DNA of 64,000 nucleotides from Basidiobolus meristosporus CBS 931.73. Its lineage: Eukaryota > Fungi > Basidiobolomycota. Under the pieces are notes generated by a model. That model was not told the origin of the DNA and searched no databases. It was given only the letters and a program-made list of their open reading frames with translations. Location of the stretch: contig MCFE01000047.1 in NCBI GenBank assembly GCA_002104905.1, positions 133,528 through 197,527 on the forward strand, read 5' to 3'. Position 1 is the first letter of the stretch. Every line of letters begins with the position of its first letter. Positions 37,820-53,410 of this stretch are shown one piece after another. The position numbers and the translations under genes were made by a program.

Positions 37820-38627
37820 ATGAAAGCCTTATCATATCACGCTCGAGTAGGAACTATTCCTAATGAATTTATCGGAGTTCATGATGATTACCGTGTCAAG
37901 AATCACTTCTTGTTCCAATCTCCAACCGAGGCTGGTCGAGCGCTTTCTCAAAGACTGAAAGAATATCAGAAGTGCCCCAACACAGGTACACCTCCGGGAA
38001 AGGCACTATACCATGGATTCCAGCTAACTTCTTGATAGTGGTTGTCACCGTTTCTTCACACCAGTATGCCGTCGAAAGCGAAATAAGTCAGCATTTGGCC
38101 TCTCTTCTAAGCTTACCACAGGAGACTATTTTGGCTAGAAAAGTCGTTCTCCCGCTAAACAAACTGCCTATAGCTACGGTGGTGTCGGGTGATAAGGTTG
38201 TATATGAAAAGGAGGTCATAAAGGGTATGAACCTGCCTGAGGAGCAACTCAAGCAGCTAATTGAGGAGGAGGTATGTTTTTGTTTGATAAAGGAACATGA
38301 CTTGTATTGACATTGTTCATCCAGAAATCCGTGATGAATATGGACCTCGAAAGATACCATCTTTCACCCGGCCAATTTCCCGAGGTATCGGGCAAGACTC
38401 TGATCCTGGTTGCAGACGGATTGTGCTATGGCTTCACTATGCGCTCCGTGATTAAGGCTATCAAAGAGGCCGGTAAACCACATCGTATAATCATCGCTAC
38501 TCCTGTCGCCGGCGCTGATACTGTGAGGCAGATGAACAAATACGTCAACGATGTTGTTGCCTTGGAAATCCCAAAAAATATAGGATCTATCGCCCACTGG
38601 TATCGCCAAAATGTCAATGTAGTTTAG
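37820..38627 (+). CDS. Bacterial-type (COG1926-like) phosphoribosyltransferase homolog with a degenerate PRPP-binding motif, 3 exons
   Basis: FQSPTEAGRALSQRLKEY (cf. FxDRxxAGRxLAxxL), ILARKV, GKTLILVADGLCYGFTM (cf. VDDGLATGxTM), IIIATPVA, NDVVALEIP..SIAHWY. The 3' end is uncertain. Confidence 0.75.
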
Positions 38628-39150
38628 GTCGATCCCGATGCATCTACCCTGTTTCCTAATCTCCCCGATTATCTCATGTAATCACTGTACAAATGACTAT
38701 CAACAATGAATACCTTATGAATTTACTGGAATAGGGTGTTCCCGTATGTGAAAATAGAGGGAGCGGCCTAATTTGTATCGTGAGAAGAATCAACCCCTGT
38801 GCTCTTGCCATTCAAATGCAACTCCACTGTGTAGAAATCCGTGCAATTGGAATGAGGGTAAACATTTGTAATCCCGAACTCTGGAAGAACACAGGTGTTT
38901 GCGAACCGCAAGAAATTTCCTGTGAACAACACCAATTATGGTGGGCTGCCAGGTAAATTGTATCCCATCATTACCAAGTGAATCCGGAAACTCCGTGGGA
39001 TTGGGCCAAGTCCGAAGACCTGACTGAAATGATTAGATGAGCCCGGTGCTCTAAATGTCCATCGATGACGACATCTATAAATCGGGACTAAAGGCATATA
39101 GGTTTGGATGAGAAATCTTTTTTTAACCACTCTCCTTTCTCTTGAGTATA

Positions 39151-40843
39151 ATGGGTGTACCAAAAATCTCTGTCCATACCAACAGCCAAGAAGTGGCCTC
39201 GTCCAGCCATGACGGTTTGATCCTGTTGTTTACCGATGTCAAGAAGCTCTCACCAGAGGTCTTGACCTTCGAGTTTGCCGCCTCCGTCGCTTCCTATGCC
39301 CAAGCTGACAAGAGTGTTACTTCCCAAATCTCTTTCTTGGTCGACTCTAAGGCTCCCGGTGGCAGAGTGATCTTGGCCCCTACCGGCTCTTTGTTCGGTG
39401 ATACCGATGATGCCCGTAAAATCGGAGGTACTTAAGGATTCGCAATAGTAAAATATGGATACAGGCTAACTAATGAGTTTTTGTTGTGCCAATATAGAAA
39501 TTGCCTCCAAAGCTGTTCAACGTGCTCGCCAAGCTGGTTTGACCAACCCTCTTCTTCACTTCGTCGATCCACCCAGAGACCATCCTGATTATAAGCGCTA
39601 CTTGGAAGTTGCTCTTTTGGGAGCGCTCGAGGCTTGTTACGAGTATCTCGAATTCAGAGAGCACAAGGAAAAGATTGGCCAGAGCTCACCTGAAGACGTT
39701 CAAGAGTTCGGTGTTTTGGTAAACGATGCCGACAGCGAAAATGTTGAATCGATTGTCAAGAAGGTCCTCGCTATTGAGGAAGGAAGAAGACTTTGCAGAG
39801 ACACTGGCGGTCCTGATCCTGAGCGTATGAGCCCCATGAATTTCGCCAAATATGTCGTGGAATCCCTCTCTGGCGCCAAGAATACTACTGTTACCGTCAT
39901 TGATGATGTAGATACCCTGCACAAGGAATACCCCCTTCTCCACGCTGTGGCTAGATGCTCTTTGGATGTTGAAAGACACAGACCCTGCGTTGTTCGTATT
40001 GAGTACAAGTCTCCCGAGCCTTCTAAGGTCAAGGAAAACCTTTACTTCGTCGGTAAGGGTGTCACTTACGATACTGGAGGTGCCGATTTGAAGGTAAATG
40101 GTGCTATGAGAGGCATGTCCCGTGATAAATTGGGAGCAGCTGCCGTTGCTGGATTCATGAAGACTGTTGCTGAACAACAACCTACCAATGTAAATATCAT
40201 TGCTGATTTGGGTCTGGTACGTAACAGTATCGGCCCCGATGCCTACCTTAGTGACGAGGTGCTCTACTCCAGAGCTGGAGTCAGAATCCTAGTCGGTAAT
40301 ACTGATGCTGAAGGTCGTATGGTAATGACCGATCTCTTGTGCCACATGCGTGAGCGTGTCTTGGAAGCTCGTGAGAATGGGGACAACACACCTGCCAGAT
40401 TGTTCACTGTAGCCACATTGACTGGTCACGCTATTAGAGCTTGTGGTCCTTATACCTGCTCTCTTGATAACGGGCCAGCTCGTAAAGACAAAATCTCTCA
40501 ACGTCTTTTCAACGCTGGCGCTGAATGGGCTGATCCTTGTGAAATCTCCACCCTGCGTAGAGAAGATATGGCCGCTGTTGCTCCAGGCAGCACCCGCGAA
40601 GATGTAGTTCAAGCCAACGACAAGCCAAGCACTATGACCAATCGTGGACATCAGTTCCCTGCCGCCTTCATGGTTGTTGCATCTGGACTTGATAAGCACG
40701 GTTTGGATGCCGAGCCCAACAAGCAGATTGCTTACACTCATCTTGATATTGCCGGATCCGCTGAAGGAGATTCACACGGCCTCAGCCTTCCCGAGGTCAC
40801 CGGCAGACCAATTCCTTCCTTTGTTGGAGCATTCTTGGAGTAA
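39151..40843 (+). CDS. M17 family leucyl aminopeptidase (2 exons)
   Basis: GKGVTYDTGGADLK, MSRDKLGAA, NTDAEGR, VATLTG, HLDIAGS; metal ligands intact. Confidence 0.93.
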
Positions 40844-41131
40844 TCCAATACGAGCACTTCAATGGAAAGAAGTGATCATACGAGAAACCATTAGAAAATG
40901 TAGAGAAATCGATTTTTCGGTATATTGCTCAACATTAAAATCTCCCTTTTGTCACCCAAGCTTAGTGGTACGTAAGGCTGCTGAAAATCACACTCCTGTC
41001 AACAAGGAACTAGTTGACCGATAGTAGTATTTGGTACAAAAATCCCGAGGGTTTTCGATGTCTAGCTTTTTATTATTAGAGGCAAGGGGAGGGGGCTTTA
41101 AGTAAGGGAAACACTGTCGGAGGTTGGCCAT

Positions 41132-42099
41132 CTATAATTGACAATCCAACAAGATGTTATCAATGAGTCGAGTTCCACCGACCCTAATGGCTCCAGACAA
41201 TATGGCTCCATCCTTGTCGACGGTGTCAAGTTCTTGAAGTTCGTAGGGGTGCGCGATGCTAATGTAATCGAGAGTAGCACGTGGTTCAGAGCGTACAACG
41301 TCTTCGGCAATTTGAATCAGCTTCTTGCAATCCTTGATGCCTGATGCATAAGCATCAGCAGCTGCAGTGAGTGCCTTGTACAAGATAATGGCATAGCTAC
41401 GCTCCTCTGTCGAGAGATATCTGTTACGGCTGCTCAAGGCCATACCGTCTTCTTCACGCTTAATAGGAGCGGCGACCATCTCGATAGGAAGACACAGGTC
41501 AGTGATCATGGTGCGTACAACCACACACTGTTGGGCATCCTTCTGTCCGAAGAATGCCATATCAGGTTGAATGATATTGAAGAGCTTCAATACAACGGTG
41601 GCAACACCACGGAAGAAGTGAGGTCTTATGCTTCCTTCCATTTGAGAGGATTTCCCTAGCACTTCCACAAAAGTACCCTTCTGTTCGTTGATATTCAAGG
41701 AGATTCCGCTGGGGTACATTTCTTTCACAGATGGGACGAGCAGAGCATCGCAACACCCACTTTCACTCAGCAACTTCACGTCAGCCTCCAGAGTTCTGGG
41801 ATATTGGTCAAGGTCTTCGGTGGGGGCAAATTGCGCAGGGTTGACGAAGATGCTCATGGCGACGACATCAGTCTTGGACTTGGCGAGTTCGACAAGGCTG
41901 AGATGGCCAGCATGCAGAGCGCCCATGGTAGGCACAAAGCCCACCTTTTTTCCCTCGCGATTCATCTGCTGTCTCCATGCTCTGTAATCGGCGAAGTTGT
42001 AAAACACCAATGGCTTACTTGCTAAAGTCAAGGAGTTAGACGTCTACAAAAGGCAACGATATACCATGGTCTGCTTAAAGTACCTGTAGTGTTGGTCAT
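41132..42099 (-). CDS. PAN6: Pantoate-beta-alanine ligase (2 exons)
   Basis: GFVPTMGALHAGHLSL, SIFVNPAQF, RPHFFRGVATVV, FFGQKDAQQ, GMALSSRNRYL, RLIDN. The short first exon MTNTT restores the start. Confidence 0.96.
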
Positions 42100-42516
42100 G
42101 GCGCTCACTGTATGCTACTAAGGAACTACTACCAAAGACAAATTGTGGAATATTTTTTCACCAAAAATCCGAAGGTTTAAGTATCGGTCTAACTCGATTA
42201 GATACAACTGCCTACCCGGGTTTATTGTCCCCGAGAAGGCTGTCGAATTGGATGATCGAGGGAGGCAAGTATTGACAAGTAATTCAATGGTATTCTATGC
42301 TCGGCTAAAATGGGCCAATCTGCAGAGTAGATTAGTTACAATTAGAAGGTTGGTTTCTACGAAGAACTTTGAATGTATCGCAAATAGGCTGTTTAATTGT
42401 ATATCACGTGATGATGTATTAATGAACAAATTGCTGCTTAACTCTGTATTATACGAAAGACAAAATGGTTGAAGGGAAATGGAAAGCCAAGATGTAATGG
42501 TAAATGGTACACTTAT

Positions 42517-44678
42517 TTAGGATTCGTGCTTGAGCACAAGGGCGGTACGGCTGGGAATATATACTTGGATATGATTAGGACGGCCGTACCACTCCTCATT
42601 CTTGCTGAAGAACTCTTGCTTGGCATCGATACGATCGTGGCCGCCGAATTCGGGGCTGTCGGAATTCAAGGCAATAGTGTACTTTCCGGGCCATGCTGTA
42701 CCAATCTTGTAATCGCTAAAGCTCTTGCTGGGGTGGAAGTTGAAGATCCAGAGCAAGCCAGCGCGCTCGAATGCAACAATCTTGTCCTCCTCGTGCTTGT
42801 GGGAAACATAGGCTTGTGGGGCCTCCAACCAACGGTACTGGCTCTCCAAATGATTCATCGCGCCATCGAAAGCATTCAGGTGCTTGAAGCGAAGCAAGTC
42901 ATCTTTAACCAGGTTGAATTGGCGTCTGGCATACTGGAAACTGCTGCCATTTCCGTCACGTGGGAAGTCCAGCCATTCTGGGTGACCGAACTCATTGCCT
43001 TCGAAGTTCAGGTAACCCTCACCGCCGAGACCATGGGTGATCAGGCGGATGAGCTTGTGTAGAGCAATACCGCGATCAATGATTGGTGTCAACGGACCGA
43101 GGACTGACATATGGTCGTACATCTCCTTGTCCATCAACCAGAAAGCAATGGTTTTGTCCCCGACCAAGGCTTGATCGTGAGATTCGCAGTATGTGATGGT
43201 TTTTTCCATGTGGCGACGGTTGGTTAGTGTAAACACGATATGGCCCATCTTCCAATCATCATCCCGGACCTCCTTCAAGAGTTTGATCCACATATCGGGA
43301 ACAGCCATGCCCAAGCGATAGTCGAAGCCAACGCCACCTTCGGCAACTGGACGACACAAGCCTGGCATACCCGAGACATCCTCGGCAATGGTGATAATCT
43401 CGGGATATAGCTTGTGCAGCATGAAATTGCTGAGCATTAGGTAAACAACGGCTTCTTCATCTACGTTGTCGTTGAAATACTCGTGATAGCCACCGCTGAA
43501 GCCAGTGCCAATGCCATGGTGGACATACATCATGGAGGTGACACCGTCAAACCGGAACCCGTCGAATCTGTACTCGTTCATGTAAAAGCGAAGGTTGGAA
43601 AGTAAGAAGCGGAGTACTTCGTGACTTCCGTAGTTGAACAAACGACTGTTCCACAGCTCGTGGCGACCCTTGCTGCCTTCATGGAAGTAGCAATGGTCAG
43701 ATCCGTCGAATTGATTCAACCCATCAAGAACATTGTTGGATGCGTGTGAGTGGACCATGTCCAAGAGGACATAAATGCCCATTCCATGGGCGGTATCGAT
43801 CAATCTCTTAAGATCCTCGGGTGTGCCGTAGCGGCTGGAAATGGCGAAGAAGCTGGTGACTTGGTAACCAAAACTGGCGTAGTACGCGTGCTCCATGATT
43901 GCCATCAATTGGATAGCATTGTATCCGAGATTAGCAATGTGCGGTAGGATGTTTTCGGTAAACTCGTTGTAGGTGGCGACCTTAGGCTCGGGGCTAGAAA
44001 TACCAACATGGGCTTCGTAGATCTTAAGATCCAAAGGCTTTGGAGGAGCCTTGTTCTTCCAGACGTATGGCTTTTCAGGATTCCAGAAGCGGGCGTCATA
44101 GACTGGACTAACGTCCAAATCCTGGGTGACGCGCTTTGCCCAAGCAGGAAGACGGTCAATCCTTTCCCCTTGTGGAGTGACCATGGATATCTTGATTCTG
44201 CTGTCATGTGGAATGGCAACGGTGCCGTCAGGCTTGTTGGGAACCAGTACCTCCCATACGCCAAACTCGTCCTTTTTCATAGGATTAGCTTGATGATCCC
44301 AGTTATTGAAATCTCCAACGAGACTAGCGGAAACGGCGTTGGGGGCCCATTCACGGTAAAGAACACCTTTGGGTGTAACGTTTAAACCCATCTTTTCGTA
44401 GCCTCGAGAGAATTTATCGAAACCGCCCTCGTATTGATCAACCTTGTCGCACCACTCTTGGAACTTGGCATATCTGAATTTAACATGGGTGATCGTTAGA
44501 AAGAACAAAGTTGGGGCATTACGTGGCGCACATACCTCTTGGCCAGAGAAGGGGCGAATGGCTCGAGCCAAGGATCCTGCTCAACGAGTCCAGTACCGGG
44601 AAGAGGGGCCTGCTTGACTTCTTCCGCTTTGGGTTGAGTGGAGGGAGCAGATGTTTTATTCATCGAGGTAACAGTCAT
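42517..44678 (-). CDS. GLC3: 1,4-alpha-glucan (glycogen) branching enzyme (2 exons)
   Basis: [83 protein letters not shown]. Confidence 0.97.
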
Positions 44679-45721
44679 AACTATTGGAGAGAATAAGGTT
44701 GACGAAAAGTAATTTGAACGTACACGACTTCATCGCTTATAAACAAGATTGGTGGGGAGCGAGAATCGAATAGCATTGCTCGAAGGTATACGAAATGTTG
44801 GTTAGATCTACCAGATTAACATAGCCGTCACTGAAGGGTATCGATTACATCGTCATTATCCGATACTCGGAAATTGGGGGATTCATGAAAGAGCTTGCTG
44901 GATGTCGACGCTGATTGGTCCAGCAGTGATCACTATTTGGCCAGCAACCTTGGATTCCCTGATCCAGACCCAATCCTTCGAATCCGAATCTAGAAATTTA
45001 CGACACTTCGTAGCTTGTGCTTACGATAACAGAGAAATGACAGAATATGTTTAAATAATGAAGGAAGATATCTCGAAACCACGCTGAAAATACGTCAAGT
45101 TTCGTAAGTTCACGCTTACGTCACTCCACTGTTCAAGGATTGAATCCATGTATTACCCTGGAGACTGATTGTACGAGAGCGAGATGCCGTGGACGACGAC
45201 GAATAGGATTCTGTTCCCAATGGTGGCTTGTTGGAAAATACCGAAATGCTCGAAGGCTTGGGACAGATCCAGTGGGCGATAATAGATGGGGATACATTGT
45301 ACTCTAAGTGCCTGATATGGCTTTATTGCATTAGCTTCTCACCAAGGATAAGCTTGTGGATTGTCGATTAGATAGCAAGGCTCCCCAATAGCTCCCCAAT
45401 GGTTCCCCAATAAGCTGTGGCAACGATCACTTGTGTTGGGTTACACGTTGGCTGGTTGTCTATCAGTTGTTGGCCAAACAGGACAGCCTAGGATGATAAC
45501 CAACAGATCTAGATTACCTCCTGATATCGCCTCAAAAATAAGCTTCCACATTATCCTGGATGCTGGGAACCATTCTCCGTATATAAATAGGATTTAGCAA
45601 AGGTTTGGTTATTTATTTACACTTGCATGTACATTGAAAGTATACTTCTGGCACCACTCTTGACGACAGATCCTAGCGATTGGTCCAGGACGTTGCCAGT
45701 TAGGTTGATGTGTAGGCTGGG

Positions 45722-46805
45722 CTAATATGTCAGCACGCTTGGATGTCCAGATATATCAGCTATCTGCCGGACGCTAGAGAGATAGTCAGGCGGCTGGACT
45801 GGAGTTGCTTCGTATACCGGTAGCGCTTCTTCACTTTCGATCAACTTCTCTGAGAAAATATGTATAGGGATCTGCACCGTCAAATAGCGCTTTTTCCTTG
45901 TCAAATCAACCAGGTTGATCTGAACCTCGATGAAATGCCACAAATGGATGTATCGTGATTTATTGTCGGCTCTCACCGAACTCTGCCCCTTTGGGATCTT
46001 CAAGACAAGCGGCTGCTCCCACCAGCCCGAGACTTTTGGCCTCCATATGCACGATGTTTCGTCGATTCTTTCCTCGTGAGTATCGGACCAGTCCTCGAAA
46101 AATGTACGATATCTGACCGTCTCTTTCAACCGAATGTTCACTTTGAAAACCTTGATGCCGCGGGAGAGTGGCCGGATGCCAAGCATAATAGGGATTTGCT
46201 GCCCAGTTGTGAAGTTGCAGCATGGCAATGCCACCGAGAATTTCATTTGTCCCTGAACATCGCCTGTGCGTATCAACGATGTTTCCAAATCCGTGGGTAG
46301 AGGCCCAAATGATCTCTCAACATGTACAGAGCAGTCACACTCAAGACTTGTGCGAAAACCGGATTTACGAGCAATCGCTTTAAACTGGTAGCTGATATTG
46401 CCCTTCGGTGTATGTATAGACTGCGGTATATTTCCGTGCAACGGCATTTCGAAGTGGTACTCATACTTCCCTTTCTGATAAATACGAGGCTCCTCCGATT
46501 CAGATGCCGAATCTCCGGTAAAGCACCAATTCTTTTCTACTATTGTGCGCTTATAAGGTTTCGTTTCTAATGGAATGAGCTTGATCAGCAAGTCTTTCCT
46601 CAAGGAGGACTCAAAAGACAGTGTGGTTACCTTGAATAAGTGCTTGGCCTATAAAGTTTAGCTCAATGGACTTGATCCGAGTGGGTTGATGTATTTGCAA
46701 CAGTAGGAACCCACGAAGAACGTAGCCGGCGGATTCTTGGCTGGTTCCACGCAAGATTATGTGGTTATTTTCCAAATGAATGGAAAGAGAATTTCTCCCA
46801 AACAT
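45722..46805 (-). CDS. Alpha-arrestin (ART/Rod1-like) protein, 2 exons
   Basis: LRGTSQESAGYVLRG, GKYEYHFEMPLHGNIPQS, GNISYQFKA, C-terminal LPVY and PPDY motifs. Confidence 0.85.
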
Positions 46806-46852
46806 GCTGGTTAATAAGAGGTTCCACCAGTATTAAGCTCAGTGAATTTGTA

Positions 46853-46954
46853 GGATTCAAGGTGTTCGTGTGGGTAGTTTAGTGTTTGCTTTTGGTGCGG
46901 ATTCAGGGTGTTCGTGTGGGTGGTTTGGTGTTTGCTTTTGGTATGGATTCAAGG
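46853..46954. repeat. 46-bp tandem repeat (about 2.2 copies) immediately upstream of the arrestin start
   Basis: ggattcaaggtgttcgtgtgggtagtttagtgtttgcttttggtgc / ggattcagggtgttcgtgtgggtggtttggtgtttgcttttggtat / ggattcaagg. Confidence 0.85.
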
Positions 46955-47968
46955 CTTTAAACACAAAATAGAGGATTCATTGAAGAATTTACCGCGTGGG
47001 ACCAGTGACCAATTTATGTACTTGAAAAAATCAAGTCGGATCGGACTGTTCATCCTTGATCATCGAACATGTCATAATTCATCACGCATACGACCTCCTA
47101 ACCAGATATAGCACGTCGGCCACGGGACTGACCAAATCAACCAACTGCCGTGGGTGAACGATATTGCCGCCCTTTTTGCCATCCAATTCGCTCTTTAGCC
47201 AGGCTCGTATTACATGGACGTTGGGTGCTAACACGAGACAGAGTTTATCCTTCGGGTGATTTCAGTTTCCAGTAACGAATGCCAAATCAGCCAAGAACTG
47301 TTCGGAAATTAAGTAAGCCGTATCCGTTTTGCTGCTTTACTTCAAATCAATTGATATGTATTATGTAATATTTCCATCAAGTCGTTTCTCGATGTTTAAT
47401 CAGCATTTACCCAAATTAAGCTCGTCCACAGGTTAGTGTTGCTATTTCCATCTGAAACCCATCTTCCGTAGTGGATTCTCCCCTTGGTTCATGCCTTTTC
47501 GTGCCAGTATATCCACACTGGGCCCACCTGAAGATTTGATTTTGCTCATTTTCTTGTTGACGGGTTGGGGTTCCTGGGAATATTTGCCAACCTTTACCTC
47601 AGGAGTACGACACCTTCATCAATAGAATCGGCCAACAGCTAGTTCATGTGTTCCTTGTTCGAGCTCACATATTATTACCTCTGGGGTATGCATACAGTGA
47701 AGTGAACAAGTCAATTGGGTAATCTGCAGGAGAGCATTGGGGAAAGTCGAGAGAAACTGAAGATTCGTTAAGCTGCTTGGCACGAATAGGGCTTTTCAGC
47801 ATATGTTATCATACATGCACTAGTCGGGTCGTGAAAACTCGGGTCCCTTGATGTTTTTGATTGATTGCTCCAGGCTACATTCTAGCACATAAAACGATCC
47901 CTGTGAGACGGAAGCTTTATTATTTTATACAAGTTGAATCATTCTAAGCCACCATGGTGGTTGTAAGG

Positions 47969-50012
47969 TTACATAGGAGTTTGGAATTGAAGTAGCTCGT
48001 CCGAGTTGACATTTTTGGCAAGATCCCAATAATGCTCAGCCTTGCCTTTCGATAGCCATTCTCTGGCATGATTCTCGGATTCACATCTTCTGAATCTAAA
48101 TCCTTTGAAGCCTCGCTCCTTGATCTCGCCCTCCCACACGAGAAGACAGTAGTTGTTAGCTTTTTCAGGAACCTCGTCCTCGTCGTCGGACGCATCGGAC
48201 CACTTGATGCGACGAAGCATTAGTTTCTTGTATGCCTTTATACCTTTAGGCCCGCCCTCTACGATCACGAGATTAAAGTCCGGGTTGAAGACGGCGGTCC
48301 CAGTAAGGTATAACTGTTGAGCGTTCATCTCAACCTTGAATTTCTTCTGCGGGTGAGACAAATCCTTGATTCTGATGAATGCAAAATAAACAAATTGGCC
48401 GTCGAAAGAATTTGGTAGCATTAAGGGTAAAGTGCTTACTTGAAAACGGCCACTTGCGATGTTTGACTGGTATCCTCGTTCAATTTTTTAGCTTTCTTTT
48501 CTCTTCTTTGTTCGTCTGTCAACTTCCGCTCGGCATTTTGTCGGAGATGTGCCTGTTGTCGCTTGTCGACCTGTGCTCGCACCTGTGCCTCGATCTTGGA
48601 TGGATCCATGACTGCTTGCTCACCAAGAACTCTCATGAAATTGCTCATTTTGACTGTAAAACGGTGATTCATTAGCAAATCCAAGTCATACGTTGGACAC
48701 TATAAGTAATTACCTTTAGGTTCTTCAGGCGGTAGAAGGCCTAAACGAATCTTGTCCTGTTTTTCTTTCTGAAGTTCGAGGCGTCTTTGTCTTCTCAACT
48801 TCTTACGCTCCTGCAAATATTCCCAATTAGGGTTAATCTTACAATGGCTGAATATACGAGGGTGCCATACCTTCTTTGTAAGCATCAATGGCTTCGGCTT
48901 AGGCGCGTTCAAGTCGACGGGAGGTTCAATCGGAACTGGATGTTGTATGTATTGTGTAATGACGGAACTCTCGCCCTCTACTCTAGCCTCGCCGCTATCA
49001 AGATCTTCGTAAGTGCCGTTTGTTAACAGCTGAGCATCCCACCATTCGATCGTTGGGGGTGGATCACGCTTGATCGCTTTATCTGACATAAGATCAAGTT
49101 CTTCCATTCCTGCCTTTTTGACTCCGGCAGCAATTTGCTCCTTGAGTTTCTCGAGTTGTATCTATGAGCCACGATGTGTCAGTATGAATTGCTGTCCTTA
49201 CTATAGCCGTTCTAGATATACCTGTGCTCTAATGTTTTCTGCCTGAGCAATGAATTTGCCCTTCTCGTTGAACCTAAGTCTCTTTGGTGCGCGCGATTTG
49301 GGTGCTGCGTAGTCTGTACCCAAGCTGGGATCAAAGTACGGATTCTTAGTGACGTCTGAAAACTCGGTCGGGGCACTCAAGAGCTTCAACTCCCTTTTGG
49401 AAGTTTGCGAGGCGACACGTTGGTTCGCCTAGAGCAAATGCGGTTAGAAGAAGAGTTGTTGTAGAAATAACTAATCAAGGATCTACCTTCACAGTGGCAA
49501 AATTCGCTTTAGGAATAAGCTTTGAGCCTTTCTTGAAGTTTCCTAGCTGATCAACCATCAATATCGGATGGGAAGGCACATGTAAGCCGCCCTTCGGCTT
49601 CACTTGCACATCGCCACCCTTGGAAGTAGACGGCTAGACAAAAGGTTTAGGATACTCGAACAGCACTTTTCATGAATATATGCAGCTTACTAGGTAAGGA
49701 TTTCTGGTTTGTGCCGCAATCCGCTCCTTGGTTTCTTGAATCCTACGCTGAAGTTCAGCAGCAGAAAATGGAGTACTAGAAGATGTAGGTGGCGGGGTAG
49801 GCGAGGCGTTTGAGGTATGACCGTTCGAAAAATTTTTAAACTTCTCCGCAACTTCTTTTTGCTTTTTAGCAATCATGGCAGCAATCTGATAAATAACTAA
49901 AGTAAGCATTGAGAATCGTATGTGAAAGTCGAAATCGTAGCCAAATTTCAAAGAATACCTGCTGCGGTGAAGGCGTTGCCGAATTCCCATTGTTATTTCT
50001 TTGATCCGCCAT
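47969..50012 (-). CDS. PRP3: U4/U6 snRNP protein Prp3 (about 7 exons)
   Basis: NPYFDP, PTIEWWD, YIQHPVPIEPP, LTKKERKKLRRQRR, KVKMSNFMRVLGEQAVMDPSKIE, VEGGPKGIKAYKKLMLRRIKW, CLLVWEG. Confidence 0.95.
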
Positions 50013-50313
50013 TTGAGACTATAGAGTGCTTCTCCGTAGTCAAGGTTATTTTACGCGCTTAAAGTTGAATTCGGTTAATTAATGGTACAAAAAGATTTTG
50101 AGGGCTCTAATAAAATTATGGAGAGAACGGCAGCTACTACTGTTTCTCTATCCCAATAAACGATTTTTGTGACTATAATCCCAATACATCGTGATTAAAT
50201 CGCCAATTACCCTTTAGTGGTTTAAATTTTTCAGCTTGATAGACTAGTCAACACCACAACTTGGTCTATTTCACGTAAGCAATACCGTTTGTCCACAACC
50301 AAGTCACATCAAG

Positions 50314-52250
<1,937 letters not shown>

Positions 52251-52415
52251 ATGAGCACCCTCTCCCCCCAGTAATTCCTGTTTGTCCCTAATGATGATGA
52301 GCAATTACCTCGGATCTTGAATGTTTATATTTTCGTATTTCCATTTGTTTCTACAGAGCCCCTCACTTTCTCATATGCGCCCATCTGAATAATACTCTTG
52401 GTTTGTTGATGATGC

Positions 52416-53410
52416 GTGACAGAAGCACCAATTACAAATGAAATAGTAAAGGCTAATGTTGAATATACACTTGCTGGTGGCACCTTGCACGATGGCCAAA
52501 GCTTTGAAATCTTGAGTGGCCGCCTAATTCTAAATGAGGTTTCGGGATTTGCTTATGTGAAACCCGATCAGCCAAATAATGCACTTTGGATGGGATCATT
52601 TATAAATCTAAGATCAGCAAGTGCAAGGTACCGAGGAATCAGGTGACGTCTCCGATCGTGAAAAGCATCACACATTAATTCACTTCCACTGGTCTGAGGA
52701 TAGCGGCAGATCTGAAATCACCACTGCAGTTCTACTGGAAATCTCAAACGCTTCATTGCACTTGGAATCTGCATATTTTCGAGGATTGATGGCATATGTT
52801 GCCAAGGAGCCCGTAATAAACCCGCAGGAAAAGTTGTACGATAGCGTATTGGGAATCAAAAGCCTTCAAAAACTCTTTCCAGATGTATATATTTACTCAT
52901 GAGGCACCTAGCGGTTCAATACTACATGCATAAGGACCTTCCACAAAAAAAACACGGCTGTTTGCTGCGCTATAATCTCAGCATCCTCCCTGAGCCCGAG
53001 GCCTTCATCCAGATAGATATATCCCTTCTGAAGAAGCAAGGAAATCACAATGCATTCGGTTTCCATCCTCCTCGGTTGCATTGGTATAATTTCGTGTGAA
53101 TGAGAGTTCCTACGATGGTTAACAAGCTGGCCCACTGCATTTCTTCTATGATTACCGTAAGGCTTGAAAATAGGTTCATCAAGGTCACTCCTGGAAGCAA
53201 TCTTGCAATCACTCTCAAGCTGAGCTATTTGTTCTGTTAGGCGCGGGGAAACTTCGTCCATCCAGAATTCCGATTTCTGTCGGGCTCAAATATGGGCTTT
53301 GAAGAACATTCAAATGGGGCGATTGATGAGACTTTGAGCAGGAAATGTACAGATTGGTCGGAGTGGACCAGCAAAATGCATATCTCTATATTGCACGATT
53401 AAGGAACAAA
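52416..53410 (+). other. Unresolved possible gene or pseudogene (chained + strand ORFs; competing - strand ORF 52908..53261)
   Basis: Consecutive + ORFs (52416-52646, 52621-52902, 52899-53099) and one good GT-AG junction (ITAR) are present, but there is no clear start, one TGA is hard to splice out, and no family is recognised. Confidence 0.3.

Noticed and set aside
31626-44678. Metabolic gene cluster (GSH1, ADE2, PRTase, aminopeptidase, PAN6, GLC3)
   Set aside because: The pathways are unrelated; this looks like an ordinary housekeeping neighbourhood.
47260-47940. Possible small gene or ncRNA between the arrestin and PRP3
   Set aside because: Only short frames and ambiguous splice sites on both strands; no supportable model.
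12253-50195. ATCACG/CGTGAT hexamer seen in several intergenic regions
   Set aside because: About ten hits by eye is close to chance expectation for a hexamer on two strands.
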